From the NCBI GenBank assembly GCA_963169855.1, contig CAUJCN010000002.1, forward strand, positions 709,608 through 773,607: a DNA stretch of 64,000 nucleotides, in the 5' to 3' direction. The notes beneath the pieces were generated by a model that saw only the letters and a list, made by a program, of their open reading frames with translations, searched no databases and had not been told where the DNA came from. Source of the stretch: Patescibacteria group bacterium (lineage in GTDB: Bacteria; Patescibacteriota; Dojkabacteria; J137). Made by a program: the position numbers and the translations under genes. This document shows positions 1 through 9,233 of this stretch, piece after piece (position 1 is the stretch's first letter; each line of letters starts with the position of its first letter).

Positions 1-674
1 GTAACTTTAGCTTTTTGAAAGTATCTTGTTAGTGAAGCTCTAATATTTCTGATTTCCATTTTTTTGTTCTTCTTAGTACAAAAAACATATTTTTCTGGCT
101 GGTTTTCTGCAATATATGCTTTTAGAATATTGTAGATTTTATCCGTCATTGGAATGTCGCGGGGAGGGATAGAGTCTTGCTGAGAAATATGAATATTTGG
201 ATTCACTCTGTCAAACGTAATGTCGTCTACTTGAAGGTTTGCTAATTCAGAAATCCTAACTCCAGTTTGAACTAAAAGTTCAATCATTGTGTAGATCTTA
301 TCGTTATCCTTGCTAATCTCCCTAATTTTATTGATTTCGTTTACAGTTAGAGTTCTAGGTTTTGGCTGAATATATTTAGGATGAACAATCTTTCCAGAGA
401 AGTCTTCTTCGATGGCCTTTCTATCAAAAAGGAATTTTACGAAGGTTCTATAAGTATTGATCTTTCTTGCTACAGTCTTAATTGCACTATAGGATTTTTT
501 GATTTCCTTATAGATGTTGTTGTAATCTTCGAATCCAAGATCGCAAATTTCCTGATTTCCGCAAAGCGTGATTAACTGCTTAATATCAGCAATATATGCG
601 ATAACAGTTGACTTACTCTTCTTCTTTCTTTTAAGATAATCTTGAAACTGATTTAATGCCGTTTGGTTATTCAT
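1..674 (-). CDS. Tyrosine site-specific recombinase, XerC/XerD-like. N-terminal ~224 aa; the C-terminus lies beyond the window start
   Basis: Minus-strand ATG at 674. N-terminal SAM-like core-binding domain (MNNQTALNQFQDYLKRKKKSKSTVIAYIADIKQL...) is followed by the start of the catalytic domain (LTVNEINKIREIS...TGVRISELANLQVDDI, conserved Arg). The frame is still open at position 1. Confidence 0.6.
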   Translation of the reverse strand, partial: MNNQTALNQFQDYLKRKKKSKSTVIAYIADIKQLITLCGNQEICDLGFEDYNNIYKEIKKSYSAIKTVARKINTYRTFVKFLFDRKAIEEDFSGKIVHPKYIQPKPRTLTVNEINKIREISKDNDKIYTMIELLVQTGVRISELANLQVDDITFDRVNPNIHISQQDSIPPRDIPMTDKIYNILKAYIAENQPEKYVFCTKKNKKMEIRNIRASLTRYFQKAKV

Positions 675-716
675 CTTATAGTATTTGAACGGGTTGATCT
701 TATCACAGTTAAAAAA

Positions 717-1094
717 ATGCGGTCAATAACAAAAGAACAAAATTCTCAATCTTTTTTTGCAACAGCTTTGCTGATCATACTTTCCATCGTTCTTTTTATT
801 AACACTTTAAGAGTAGTTGTTAACGGGAAAAATAATTACGACACTTATTTAGAAGAGAAAAAAGGTTTAGACAAGATTGCTGGAAGGAACGAGGAATTGA
901 GAGAAGAAAAAGAATACGTGACTAGTGAAGAATACAAGTTAATTCTTTTGAGAGATGCAGCAAGACTCGCAACTGGAGCAGAAACACTCTACCAGATAAA
1001 GAGTTCTCCGATCTATTTGGACGAAGAAATTACTTTGCTGGATATCAGCACAAAACAAAACTTCTTTGATTGGTGGTTGAAATTGATCCTATAA
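717..1094 (+). CDS. ftsB: Septum formation initiator FtsB/DivIC-like protein (TM plus coiled coil)
   Basis: ATG at 717 (MRSITKEQ...). Single TM (FFATALLIILSIVLFINTL), coiled coil (EEKKGLDKIAGRNEELREEKEY) and C-terminal SEEYKLILLRDAARLATGAETLYQI, which matches the FtsB family motif. The upstream part of the track ORF (663-716) is antisense to the recombinase. Confidence 0.5.
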   Translation: MRSITKEQNSQSFFATALLIILSIVLFINTLRVVVNGKNNYDTYLEEKKGLDKIAGRNEELREEKEYVTSEEYKLILLRDAARLATGAETLYQIKSSPIYLDEEITLLDISTKQNFFDWWLKLIL

Positions 1095-1140
1095 TTCTCA
1101 TTATTCTCTAAGGTTTTCCTTGTGCTTTCCTGTTCTTAAT

Positions 1141-1149
1141 TGATATAAT
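1141..1149 (+). promoter_or_regulatory. Extended -10 promoter element TGATATAAT upstream of tRNA-Met
   Basis: TGATATAAT at 1141-1149, about 45 nt upstream of the tRNA 5' end. The same 9-mer recurs upstream of several other genes in this window. Confidence 0.35.
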
Positions 1150-1193
1150 ACAGAACCTACACTACACAAAAGTTTCGTATAGTGAAAGATTAC

Positions 1194-1268
<75 letters not shown>

Positions 1269-1271
1269 AAA

Positions 1272-1299
1272 GCCCCTACACGTTTGCAGGGGCTTTTTT
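1272..1299 (+). terminator. Rho-independent terminator after tRNA-Met
   Basis: gcccct-acacgtttgc-aggggc hairpin followed by TTTTTT. Confidence 0.55.
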
Positions 1300-1371
1300 A
1301 ATTTTGTTTCTTCTGTGATATTCTAAATCATCTTCTTTTCTGATAACTTATAGTCAGATTAATTCAATGAA

Positions 1372-1935
1372 ATGACAATTGCGCTTATTATCACAACAAT
1401 AGCTTTGATTTTGGTTAGCTATTACTTCCAAACTCGTCTAATGGTAAATCATTATAGACAGTATAGTACAGTAAGTGATATGTACAATCTACCTGAGTAT
1501 AGAAGTAGCTTCAGGACTGGATTGATGTACACAGGGATGCTGCAGATCATTTGGATTTTACTAATCTCTTCTTTCCAGAATTACAATTTTACCATTGGTC
1601 ATACCATTTTTACCTGCGGAGCTTTTGGAGCAATTTTAATAGGGCTTTTTAGTAAGAAGGATAACTACGTAATACATATACTAGGAGGAAGTCTGTACTT
1701 CTTTTGTCTATCAATTGGTGCTGCCCTAATTGCAGTGCGAGATTTTAATCAAAGTAGTTTTATTGCTATTGCATCATTAATACACGTAATATTTTGGTTC
1801 TTAAGTATCCCAATATTTATAAGAAAAAAGAACGGAACCTTTGCTATCGAAACTATTCACTGTCTACTATCGTATAGTTGGATAGTATTTATCACAGGGC
1901 ACTATATTCTTTCTAACTTAAAATTCTCATTTTAG
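1372..1935 (+). CDS. Hypothetical polytopic membrane protein (187 aa, 5-6 predicted TM segments)
   Basis: Intact ORF with strongly hydrophobic segments throughout and no recognisable motif. It lies between tRNA-Met and the chimeric tRNA remnant. Confidence 0.45.
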   Translation: MTIALIITTIALILVSYYFQTRLMVNHYRQYSTVSDMYNLPEYRSSFRTGLMYTGMLQIIWILLISSFQNYNFTIGHTIFTCGAFGAILIGLFSKKDNYVIHILGGSLYFFCLSIGAALIAVRDFNQSSFIAIASLIHVIFWFLSIPIFIRKKNGTFAIETIHCLLSYSWIVFITGHYILSNLKFSF

Positions 1936-2000
1936 ATTTAGCAAAAACAGCACTCTTCTGCTAAAATTGATCATATTAACTTTTCATTAAAAGTTGTTAG

Positions 2001-2101
2001 ACCAAGGTAGCTCAGTTGGTTAGAGCACAGGATTCATAACCCTGAGGTCGGCAGTTCGATTCGCCTGCCTGCCGGTAGGCAGGGACCCCCGCAACCAAAA
2101 G
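2001..2101 (+). pseudogene. Chimeric tRNA-like pseudogene. The 5' part matches tRNA(CAT) (D arm, anticodon arm, T-loop). Its 3' end is replaced by a hairpin insert plus the tRNA-Met 3' end
   Basis: 2008-2066 matches 2271-2329 of the downstream tRNA(CAT) with one difference. After the T-loop comes cgcctgcctgccggtaggcagg (perfect hairpin cctgcc-ggta-ggcagg) and then gacccccgcaacca, which is the 3' end of the tRNA at 1194. No acceptor stem can form (accaagg cannot pair with ccccgca). Confidence 0.5.
2083..2101 (+). repeat. 19-bp direct repeat, copy 2
   Basis: ggacccccgcaaccaaaag is identical to 1254-1272. It is followed by a homolog of the tRNA-Met terminator loop (ctacacgtttgcag). Confidence 0.8.
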
Positions 2102-2125
2102 AAATATTACCCAGTGATAATTAAG

Positions 2126-2157
2126 GAGCCTCTACACGTTTGCAGCGGCTCTTTAGT
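2126..2157 (+). terminator. Degenerate terminator-like hairpin, homologous to the terminator at 1272
   Basis: gagcc-tctacacgtttgcagc-ggctc with a weak T tract (tttagtt). It shares the loop sequence acacgtttgcag with the 1272 terminator. Confidence 0.3.
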
Positions 2158-2263
2158 TATTTAAAGCAGAATTGCAAAATCAGCTAAAGAGCCCGATAGC
2201 ACGATCAAAAAGAGATTTTCAATTAGCAAAAATACACTCAATCTGCTAAAATTTGAAAGCCAA

Positions 2264-2337
2264 ATCAGAGTAGCTCAGTCGGTTAGAGCACAGGATTCAT
2301 AACCCTGAGGTCGGCAGTTCGATTCTGCCCTCTGATA
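2264..2337 (+). tRNA. tRNA (anticodon CAT), elongator Met or lysidine-Ile2. No CCA encoded
   Basis: Acceptor atcagag/ctctgat fully paired, D arm gctc-agtcggttaga-gagc, anticodon loop ttCATaa, T arm ggcag-ttcgatt-ctgcc, discriminator A. The promoter-like sequence ctgctaaaat lies about 20 nt upstream and is duplicated at 1962. Confidence 0.75.
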
Positions 2338-2369
2338 TTAATTAAAACTTTTAAACCCTCATAAAATAT

Positions 2370-4745
2370 ATGGAAAACCATTCTCAAGAGAAACGAAAGG
2401 ATATCGACAAGGTACGGGCAGAAATGTCTAAGAAAGTCAGTGAAATGAAGAGAAAAAACAACAAATCACAGAGCGTTTTTTCTTTTGGTTTTAAATTAAA
2501 TCCATTGATTCTAATGGTAATTGTTATTCTTGGAATTTTCTTCATACTTCAGTTAATTAACAGAGGTCCAGCTATTCCAAAGATCGGAATTACAGATACT
2601 GTTAACGGAATAAAAGATAATCGATTCTCTCAGTTTATCGTTCAAAATGATGGTTCTGTTTCAGTTTATGGAAAACAATACTATGTAATCAATGAAAGCT
2701 CTTCTATTTTAGAATCTCTTAATGATTCAGGAGCTTACAAGTATTCAAATTCAGGTGAAAACGATTTACAAGAAGTTTCTATAGACGAATTGATTGCAGA
2801 GCTGAATAATAACGACTTAATTTCTCAAATCAAAAATGTATTTAGTAGAGGAGGAAGTGGTATTACTGAATTAGTAATTGGAGATAATTTCATCATCGGA
2901 TTAAGAGGAAAGTCCCAAGGAGATGTGATTGTAAGAGGATCAGGAGAAAAGGACTTGGAATCTAAACTTGAAGCTAGAAACTTATCTTTAGCAACATTAC
3001 CTCAGAAAGTAAGTAAACTAAAGTACTTAGCTAAGAGCGTAGAAAGTTCAGTATTCACTGATAATTTAAAAAATAGTACATTCGACAATGTAATTTATCT
3101 TAAAGAGAGTGGCTTAATCCTTGCAAAATTAGACGCCCAGGCGTTGTATAAGGCTAGTATCGACTGGACTCCAGTTATCTCATCATTTACAACACTTTTA
3201 CAGCAGGAAGATATTGATTTGGGATCTTCTGAATTCGAAATCATCACTCAGAATATTAGTGCAGGAATTGGATTAGATCAGATTCTAACAATTCTTACAT
3301 TAGTTGGGTTTGTAGTAATTGCATTCATGTTGTTCAGAGGAGTTCAAGGTGGGGGAGGAATGGGAATTGCTCAGTTTGGTCAAAGTAAAGCAAAACTATT
3401 CTTTGGATCTAAGATTGATACAACATTCAAAGATGTTGCAGGAATTGACGAAGCTAGAGACGAACTGAACGAAATTGTAGATTTCTTAAAGAATCCTGCA
3501 AAATTCAGAAAACTAGGAGCAAGAATTCCAAAGGGAATCTTAATGGTTGGAGCACCTGGAACTGGGAAAACATTGTTAGCAAGAGCAATCGCAGGAGAAG
3601 CTGGTGTTCCATTCTTCCATACATCAGGTTCAGAATTCGAAGAAATGTTAGTTGGAGCAGGAGCTTCTAGAGTTAGGGACTTGTTCACTAAAGCTAAGAA
3701 AGCAGCACCATCTTTGATTTTCATCGATGAAATTGACGCAGTAGCAAGAAAAAGAGGAACAAAAGTTAATACAGGAACTACAGAACAGACACTAAACCAG
3801 ATCCTAGTCGAGATGGATGGATTCGAGAAGAATTTAAACGTGATTGTTATTGCTGCTACAAACAGACCAGATGTTCTTGACCCAGCAATCCTAAGACCTG
3901 GAAGATTCGATAGACAAATAAGAATTGAACTTCCAGATATGGAAGGAAGAAAACAAATCCTAGAAGTTCACGGAAAGAATAAACCTTTCGAAGAATCTGT
4001 AAACTTAGAAAGAATAGCAAAAAGAACTGTAGGATTTACAGGAGCAGATTTAGAAAATATTCTTAACGAAGCAGCTATTATTGCAGCTAGAGAAGATAAA
4101 AAGAAAATCTCTGAACACGATATCGACGAAGCTATTTCTAAGGTTGTTCTAGGCCCAGCAAAGAAATCAAGAAAGAGAACAGATAATGAACTGAAATTAG
4201 TAGCTTACCACGAAGCAGGACATGCTGTTGTAGCTAAACTAATTCCAGAATCTACACCAGTTGATAGAATCTCAATTATTTCTAGAGGTTCATCCGGAGG
4301 AGTAACAATGTTCCTTCCAGAAACAGATGAATACATTGCTTCAAAACGAAAACTATTAGCAGAGATTGCTGTAGGTTTAGGAGGAAGAGCTGCAGAAGAA
4401 ATCGCATTAGATGATATTTCTACAGGAGCTTCTAACGATATCGAGAAAGCAACTGCGATGGCAAGAAGAATGGTTCAGAAGTTTGGGATGAGCGAAAAAC
4501 TAGGATTAATTCAGTATGGAGATTTCGAATCTAATGAATATCTAGGATATGCTTACAACACAACCAAAGACTATTCAGAAAAAACTGCGGAAGACATTGA
4601 CTCCGAAGTCAAAAGAATTGTAAATGAAGCTTACGAAAGAGCAAAGAAAGTTCTTACTGAGAATAGAGAAAAGTTGGATATTGTGGCAAAAGCACTGCTT
4701 GATAAAGAAGTGCTTGGTAAAGACGAATTCGACAAATTATTCTAA
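2370..4745 (+). CDS. ftsH: ATP-dependent zinc metalloprotease FtsH (791 aa) with an unusually large extracytoplasmic N-domain
   Basis: Two TM segments (~aa 44-65 and ~aa 296-313), Walker A GAPGTGKT, Walker B IFIDEID, second region of homology, and Zn-binding HEAGHA. Confidence 0.9.
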   Translation: MENHSQEKRKDIDKVRAEMSKKVSEMKRKNNKSQSVFSFGFKLNPLILMVIVILGIFFILQLINRGPAIPKIGITDTVNGIKDNRFSQFIVQNDGSVSVYGKQYYVINESSSILESLNDSGAYKYSNSGENDLQEVSIDELIAELNNNDLISQIKNVFSRGGSGITELVIGDNFIIGLRGKSQGDVIVRGSGEKDLESKLEARNLSLATLPQKVSKLKYLAKSVESSVFTDNLKNSTFDNVIYLKESGLILAKLDAQALYKASIDWTPVISSFTTLLQQEDIDLGSSEFEIITQNISAGIGLDQILTILTLVGFVVIAFMLFRGVQGGGGMGIAQFGQSKAKLFFGSKIDTTFKDVAGIDEARDELNEIVDFLKNPAKFRKLGARIPKGILMVGAPGTGKTLLARAIAGEAGVPFFHTSGSEFEEMLVGAGASRVRDLFTKAKKAAPSLIFIDEIDAVARKRGTKVNTGTTEQTLNQILVEMDGFEKNLNVIVIAATNRPDVLDPAILRPGRFDRQIRIELPDMEGRKQILEVHGKNKPFEESVNLERIAKRTVGFTGADLENILNEAAIIAAREDKKKISEHDIDEAISKVVLGPAKKSRKRTDNELKLVAYHEAGHAVVAKLIPESTPVDRISIISRGSSGGVTMFLPETDEYIASKRKLLAEIAVGLGGRAAEEIALDDISTGASNDIEKATAMARRMVQKFGMSEKLGLIQYGDFESNEYLGYAYNTTKDYSEKTAEDIDSEVKRIVNEAYERAKKVLTENREKLDIVAKALLDKEVLGKDEFDKLF

Positions 4746-4763
4746 GAACTTGAAGATAAAAAA

Positions 4764-4797
4764 GACCCGTCCGCCATTGGCGGGGCGGGTCTTTTTT
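4764..4797 (+). terminator. Rho-independent terminator of ftsH
   Basis: gacccgtccgcc-attg-gcggggcgggtc bulged hairpin followed by TTTTTT. The cap is the recurring CCGCCATTGGCGG motif. Confidence 0.65.
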
Positions 4798-5077
4798 ATT
4801 GCTCGTTAGTAACCTTGGTAGCTTCTTTTGAGGCTCTTACTTCCTTAAAGATCTTTTCACCAAGTTCCTCTAGAAAGATGTAGTGGTGTTCTTGGGGAAC
4901 AGGTTCTCCTTTTTTTAAAGCTTTAATAACTGAAATCAATGCTTTCGCAAATTGTCCTCCTCAAAAGGCAAAGTTATCGCCATTTACTTTATCAAAATAG
5001 TTCTTTGGAAGAATAGAGCAGAGTTGTTTTTTTTAAGTCTTCGAACAGTGTTTCTGGTAATGTCTCAGGCAGATTGT

Positions 5078-6562
5078 TCATGGTTCTAATATAAAGTCAA
5101 TTAAACTATTTTTTAAATTGTAGTTTTTTCTAGTTTCAGGGAAGTTGTCTAATCCGTTAAGTTCTTCAATGTGATTAACGTAAGCACTAATAACCTGCTC
5201 AATAATGAAGCGTATAGTTATTAATTTAGCATCTCTGTCTGAAGTATTTGCGATTGAATAAATATTTAAAACAAATTGTGCCAAATCTTCCCATCGTTCT
5301 GGTATTTCTTCTTTCCCAGTAAGTACTTCTAGAATTAAGCTTATAAATTCCTTCCCAGCAGAATCAAATTCCAGAGAGTATATGTTCGCTTCTGGAGATT
5401 TTTGAGTTAAACCTAGCTTATTAAGTCTCTTTGTTAATGAATCAGGAATATTTCTATAAACTCTGTTTAAATATTCTGCCTGTGCTTTGTATGAATCTGA
5501 TTCTGTATCAACAGAAAATACATCGGATAAAGTTACTGGTTTGTTTTTTTCTTCTTCGATTGTTGCGCCCCAAATGTTAATTCTTTTGAATTGACTCTTT
5601 AATAAACCAATGTGCGTCAAAACAGATCCGTCCGCACGTTGAATTTCTCCGTTACTATCAGTCCACAAAGTTATTGCAACAAACTTTTCTATAATTAAGT
5701 CTATTAAAAATGCTCGAAGCTCAGCCCTTGTTTCTTCGTTCATGTGAGTCAGGTGATATCTTAGTGTATTAGTCAGAACGAAGTAAATTTCTCCAAAATT
5801 TTCCACTAACAAGTCTGAGCGATACTCAGGTAATCCATTTTTAAGCATTTCGTCAAAATGTTTAAGTAGTCTTTCTGCCTGTTCAATAAAGGTTTTAGGA
5901 CTTGTTATGTAGAAAGAATATTGTGAAACATCATCATGACTTGCCTTTTTGAAGTCTTCAATAAAAATATCAACTAATCGGATAGCATTCTTGAATAAAT
6001 CCTGAACTAAAGGATACTTTTGTTCGTAAGTTTCACTTTCGCTTAAAGATCTAGTGTTCCCAGTTAGATCCGCAGCAGGTGCTTCGGATAATACTCGAAG
6101 TTCACTAAAAGCTTCTCCTAAAGCTTCTAACGCAACATTTTTGAACTTCTGCAGAGACTCGATCTTAGGTGTCTCGGTAAATATTTTTCCATACATTTTT
6201 GCATAGCCTATTTCTCCGTATGTTAAGGCAGCGTACCCTAATATCTTTTCAGTTAATTTCTCCTTTTGCTCTTCACTCAATCTAAGCTGTTCGGCGGTAT
6301 TGGTAAAAAACTCTTGAAGGGGCGTCGGGTTTGCGGAGCTATTTTTGAGAGATCTTACTAAGTTCAAACAAAGTTTAGTTCCAATTCTAACGTATTCATC
6401 CTCGCGAACGCTAAGTCTTGATTCATATTGGGTAAGTTCTAGCACAAGTTTAATGTGTGCTTCAATCTCAACATAAAGTAACTTAGCTAAAGGATTCTTA
6501 AAAAGATTGTTGTCCGCAAGAAAAGAGTCTAAGGGAGAATCAGGAGTAGCAGGTACATCCAT
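5078..6562 (-). CDS. Hypothetical protein (494 aa), no recognisable domain
   Basis: Long intact minus-strand ORF ending in TGA at 5078-5080. Mostly helical and acidic (ELTQYESRL..., EKLTEKILGYAALTYGEIGYAKMYG...). No catalytic motif identified. Confidence 0.5.
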   Translation of the reverse strand: MDVPATPDSPLDSFLADNNLFKNPLAKLLYVEIEAHIKLVLELTQYESRLSVREDEYVRIGTKLCLNLVRSLKNSSANPTPLQEFFTNTAEQLRLSEEQKEKLTEKILGYAALTYGEIGYAKMYGKIFTETPKIESLQKFKNVALEALGEAFSELRVLSEAPAADLTGNTRSLSESETYEQKYPLVQDLFKNAIRLVDIFIEDFKKASHDDVSQYSFYITSPKTFIEQAERLLKHFDEMLKNGLPEYRSDLLVENFGEIYFVLTNTLRYHLTHMNEETRAELRAFLIDLIIEKFVAITLWTDSNGEIQRADGSVLTHIGLLKSQFKRINIWGATIEEEKNKPVTLSDVFSVDTESDSYKAQAEYLNRVYRNIPDSLTKRLNKLGLTQKSPEANIYSLEFDSAGKEFISLILEVLTGKEEIPERWEDLAQFVLNIYSIANTSDRDAKLITIRFIIEQVISAYVNHIEELNGLDNFPETRKNYNLKNSLIDFILEP

Positions 6563-6692
6563 GTTTTATGTAGTAAAGTTAATTTCCCCGATTATAGAAC
6601 TGTCATAATGATTAGACAATAGATTGGAATCGAAAAAGACTATAAGATTAAACTTGGTATCGTGTTAAACTTACTTAGTTAAATTTCTCTCA

Positions 6693-9230
6693 GTGAACAA
6701 CAAATTATTAATCATAGACTGTTTCGCATTAATATATAGAGCTTACTATGCATTTCCACCTTCACTTACAAATACAAAGGGGGAGCCAGTAAACGCGGTC
6801 TTTGGATTTTCATCGCTATTATTAGACGTGATTCTAAAGTTCAACCCAACTCATGTGTTAGCTGTAATGGACTCAGCTGGGGCAACTGCGAGACAAACAG
6901 ATTATTCTTTCTATAAATCGAATAGAGACGAAGCTGACAACCTGATGGTTGTCCAAATTCCACGCATCGCGGAGGTGCTTGAATCGATGGGTATTCAAAT
7001 ACTCAAGGCAGATGGGATAGAGGCGGATGATATTATAGGAACTGTTAGCAAGGCTTTGTCCTCGGAGTGGTCAGATATTATCGTTGTAACTGGAGATCAA
7101 GACCTGTTTCAACTCATAGACGGGAAAACAAAGATATATCTAGCATCTCGAAAGTTCTCAGAGTCAAAAATCTTTGAACGTGAAGAAGTAAAAGAGAAAC
7201 TTGGAATCTACCCAGAGAATGTTCCTGACTATAAATCCATAGCAGGCGATGCTTCTGACAACATTCCTGGAGTAAAAGGCATCGGTCCAAAGGGAGCAGT
7301 TGATTTGATTACAAAATTTGGAACTCTAGAAGAAATCTATAAAAGAATAGAGGAGGTAGATAAGAAATATAAGGAAAAGCTGATTGAAAATATTGAAATC
7401 GCTCAGACCTCAAAGCATTTAGCCACAATTAATACGTCTATTCCAATAATATTTGATATTAATAAGTCAAAGTTTGTAGGAGTTAATTTAAGCAAAACAA
7501 AAGATATCTTCAATGATCTTGAGTTTAAAAGCTTGGTTGTCAAGCTAGATAAGGTATCTAAAGCTTTTGGGGAGCACAACACAGTAGATCTGTTTTCTGC
7601 AGAAACTATAGAAATGTCTTTTGATCCATCAACGCTTTCAACAAATTTAACAGAATTAAATGATTCTCAAGAAATCTTCATTTTTAAGAAAGGAGAAGGA
7701 GACTTTATTCTTTCGGGAGACCAAGAAACTCTGTATGCAGCCAATAAAGACGAGACTCTTAAGGTTGTAAAAGATAAAAAAGTAATAGGATTTCATCTAA
7801 AAGATATTAAGGAAATCCTTGCTGTATCAGGATCCCACATGGATTTAATGATTTCAGGAGTTGTGATTGGAGGAGGAAAAGTAACTCCTACTATTAATAG
7901 TGTATTAAGATTCTTTAACGCCGAGCCTTCAGAAAATCCTGCAAAAATAGTGCAGGAAATGAAAAAAGTCTATGTAGCGTTGAAGACTGACTATGCAGAA
8001 AGTAGAGTTGTAAAGCTGGAAAACGATATTCTTCCAGTAGTTATTCAGATGGAGGAAAACGGAATATATATAGATAAAGTCTCATTAGTTAAGGGATTAG
8101 AATCTCTTCAAAAAGACAGAATAGACGTACAAGATCGAATATTTGCAGCGGCAGGTCACGAGCTGAATATCAATTCCCCTAAGCAAATCGGAGAGTTACT
8201 GTTCGTAGAAAGAAAGCTATCTGGAGCAAGAAAGACAAAAACAGGTGCCTATAGTACAGACGAAAGAACATTGATGGATCTATACGACCAGGATCCAATT
8301 ATTGGAATGATTTTAGAATATAGAGAACTGGATAAGATGATTAGTACTTATCTTTCACCTTTGCCAACTTACGTAGATTCAGACAATAGAATTCACGGAA
8401 CTTTCGATCAAATAGGAGCAGTTAGTGGAAGATTCTCTTCTAAGAATCCAAATATTCAAAATATTCCAAAGGGAGAATTCTATGGAGTTAACGTCAGGGA
8501 TGCATTCATAGCTTCAGAAGGAAACACATTACTTTCGTTCGACTATTCACAGCAAGAATTAAGAATTTTAGCTGCTTTGGCTGAAGAAGAAACAATGTTG
8601 GAATACTACAATACAAATAGAGACGTTCATATTTTGACTGCTTCTCAGCTGTTTGAAGTCGAAGAAAAAGACGTAACCAAGGAGCAAAGAAATGTAGGCA
8701 AGACAGTCAATTTCAGTATTATATATGGTATATCAGCATTCGGACTTTCGGACAGACTCAAAATCCCAAGAGATACGGCTAGCCAGTTTATAAATAAATT
8801 CTATGAAACTTATCCGAAAATTAAGACTTTTATGGACAAGGTTCTGGGCGAGGCAAGAACTTCTGGTTACACCGAGACCGTTTTGGGAAGAAGAAGGTAT
8901 AACGAGATGATTAAATCAAATAATAGAAACTTAAAGGCAGCAGCTGAAAGAGAATTGTTTAACTTTATAATTCAAGGTAGCGCAGCTGACATTATGAAGA
9001 TGGTTTTGACCCAAATAGACAGTGCAGTTAATTCGGAAAACAAACTTATTGCACAGATCCACGATGAATATCTTTTTGAAAGTAAAAATAGTTCGGACAA
9101 TATTGAAGTCTTTGTCCGAAAGGTTTATTATGTAATGAAGGAAGTATTAGACCTCGGAGTCGAATTCAAGGTGGAGGTAAATATAGGAGACCGATGGGGC
9201 AGCTTAACTAAATACGATATTAATGAATAG
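6693..9230 (+). CDS. polA: DNA polymerase I (845 aa). The 5'-3' exonuclease and polymerase domains are present. 3'-5' exonuclease motifs are not evident
   Basis: GTG start. N-terminal FEN-like domain (IDCFALIYRAYYAF..., GDASDNIPGVKGIGPKGA), motif A DYSQQELRILAALA, motif B RNVGKTVNFSIIYG, motif C QIHDEYLFE. Confidence 0.9.
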   Translation: MNNKLLIIDCFALIYRAYYAFPPSLTNTKGEPVNAVFGFSSLLLDVILKFNPTHVLAVMDSAGATARQTDYSFYKSNRDEADNLMVVQIPRIAEVLESMGIQILKADGIEADDIIGTVSKALSSEWSDIIVVTGDQDLFQLIDGKTKIYLASRKFSESKIFEREEVKEKLGIYPENVPDYKSIAGDASDNIPGVKGIGPKGAVDLITKFGTLEEIYKRIEEVDKKYKEKLIENIEIAQTSKHLATINTSIPIIFDINKSKFVGVNLSKTKDIFNDLEFKSLVVKLDKVSKAFGEHNTVDLFSAETIEMSFDPSTLSTNLTELNDSQEIFIFKKGEGDFILSGDQETLYAANKDETLKVVKDKKVIGFHLKDIKEILAVSGSHMDLMISGVVIGGGKVTPTINSVLRFFNAEPSENPAKIVQEMKKVYVALKTDYAESRVVKLENDILPVVIQMEENGIYIDKVSLVKGLESLQKDRIDVQDRIFAAAGHELNINSPKQIGELLFVERKLSGARKTKTGAYSTDERTLMDLYDQDPIIGMILEYRELDKMISTYLSPLPTYVDSDNRIHGTFDQIGAVSGRFSSKNPNIQNIPKGEFYGVNVRDAFIASEGNTLLSFDYSQQELRILAALAEEETMLEYYNTNRDVHILTASQLFEVEEKDVTKEQRNVGKTVNFSIIYGISAFGLSDRLKIPRDTASQFINKFYETYPKIKTFMDKVLGEARTSGYTETVLGRRRYNEMIKSNNRNLKAAAERELFNFIIQGSAADIMKMVLTQIDSAVNSENKLIAQIHDEYLFESKNSSDNIEVFVRKVYYVMKEVLDLGVEFKVEVNIGDRWGSLTKYDINE

Positions 9231-9233
9231 TCT

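Noticed and set aside
2001-2101. tmRNA or permuted/intron-containing tRNA as an explanation for the aberrant tRNA-like element
   Set aside because: No GGGG…tag-peptide reading frame and no tRNA-Ala-like acceptor/T-arm pairing were found. The 5' body is a near-exact duplicate of the neighbouring tRNA(CAT), and the 3' end is a copy of another tRNA's end. A recombination product explains both features more simply.
4797-5080. Alternative genetic code (UGA read as Gly or Trp, as in Gracilibacteria/SR1 or Mollicutes)
   Set aside because: TGA terminates the 494-aa ORF (5078-5080) and dprA (37991-37993, overlapping the topA ATG). All long housekeeping ORFs are intact under code 11 with TAA/TAG/TGA stops. 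The single in-frame TGA at ~4905 is better explained by a gene remnant.
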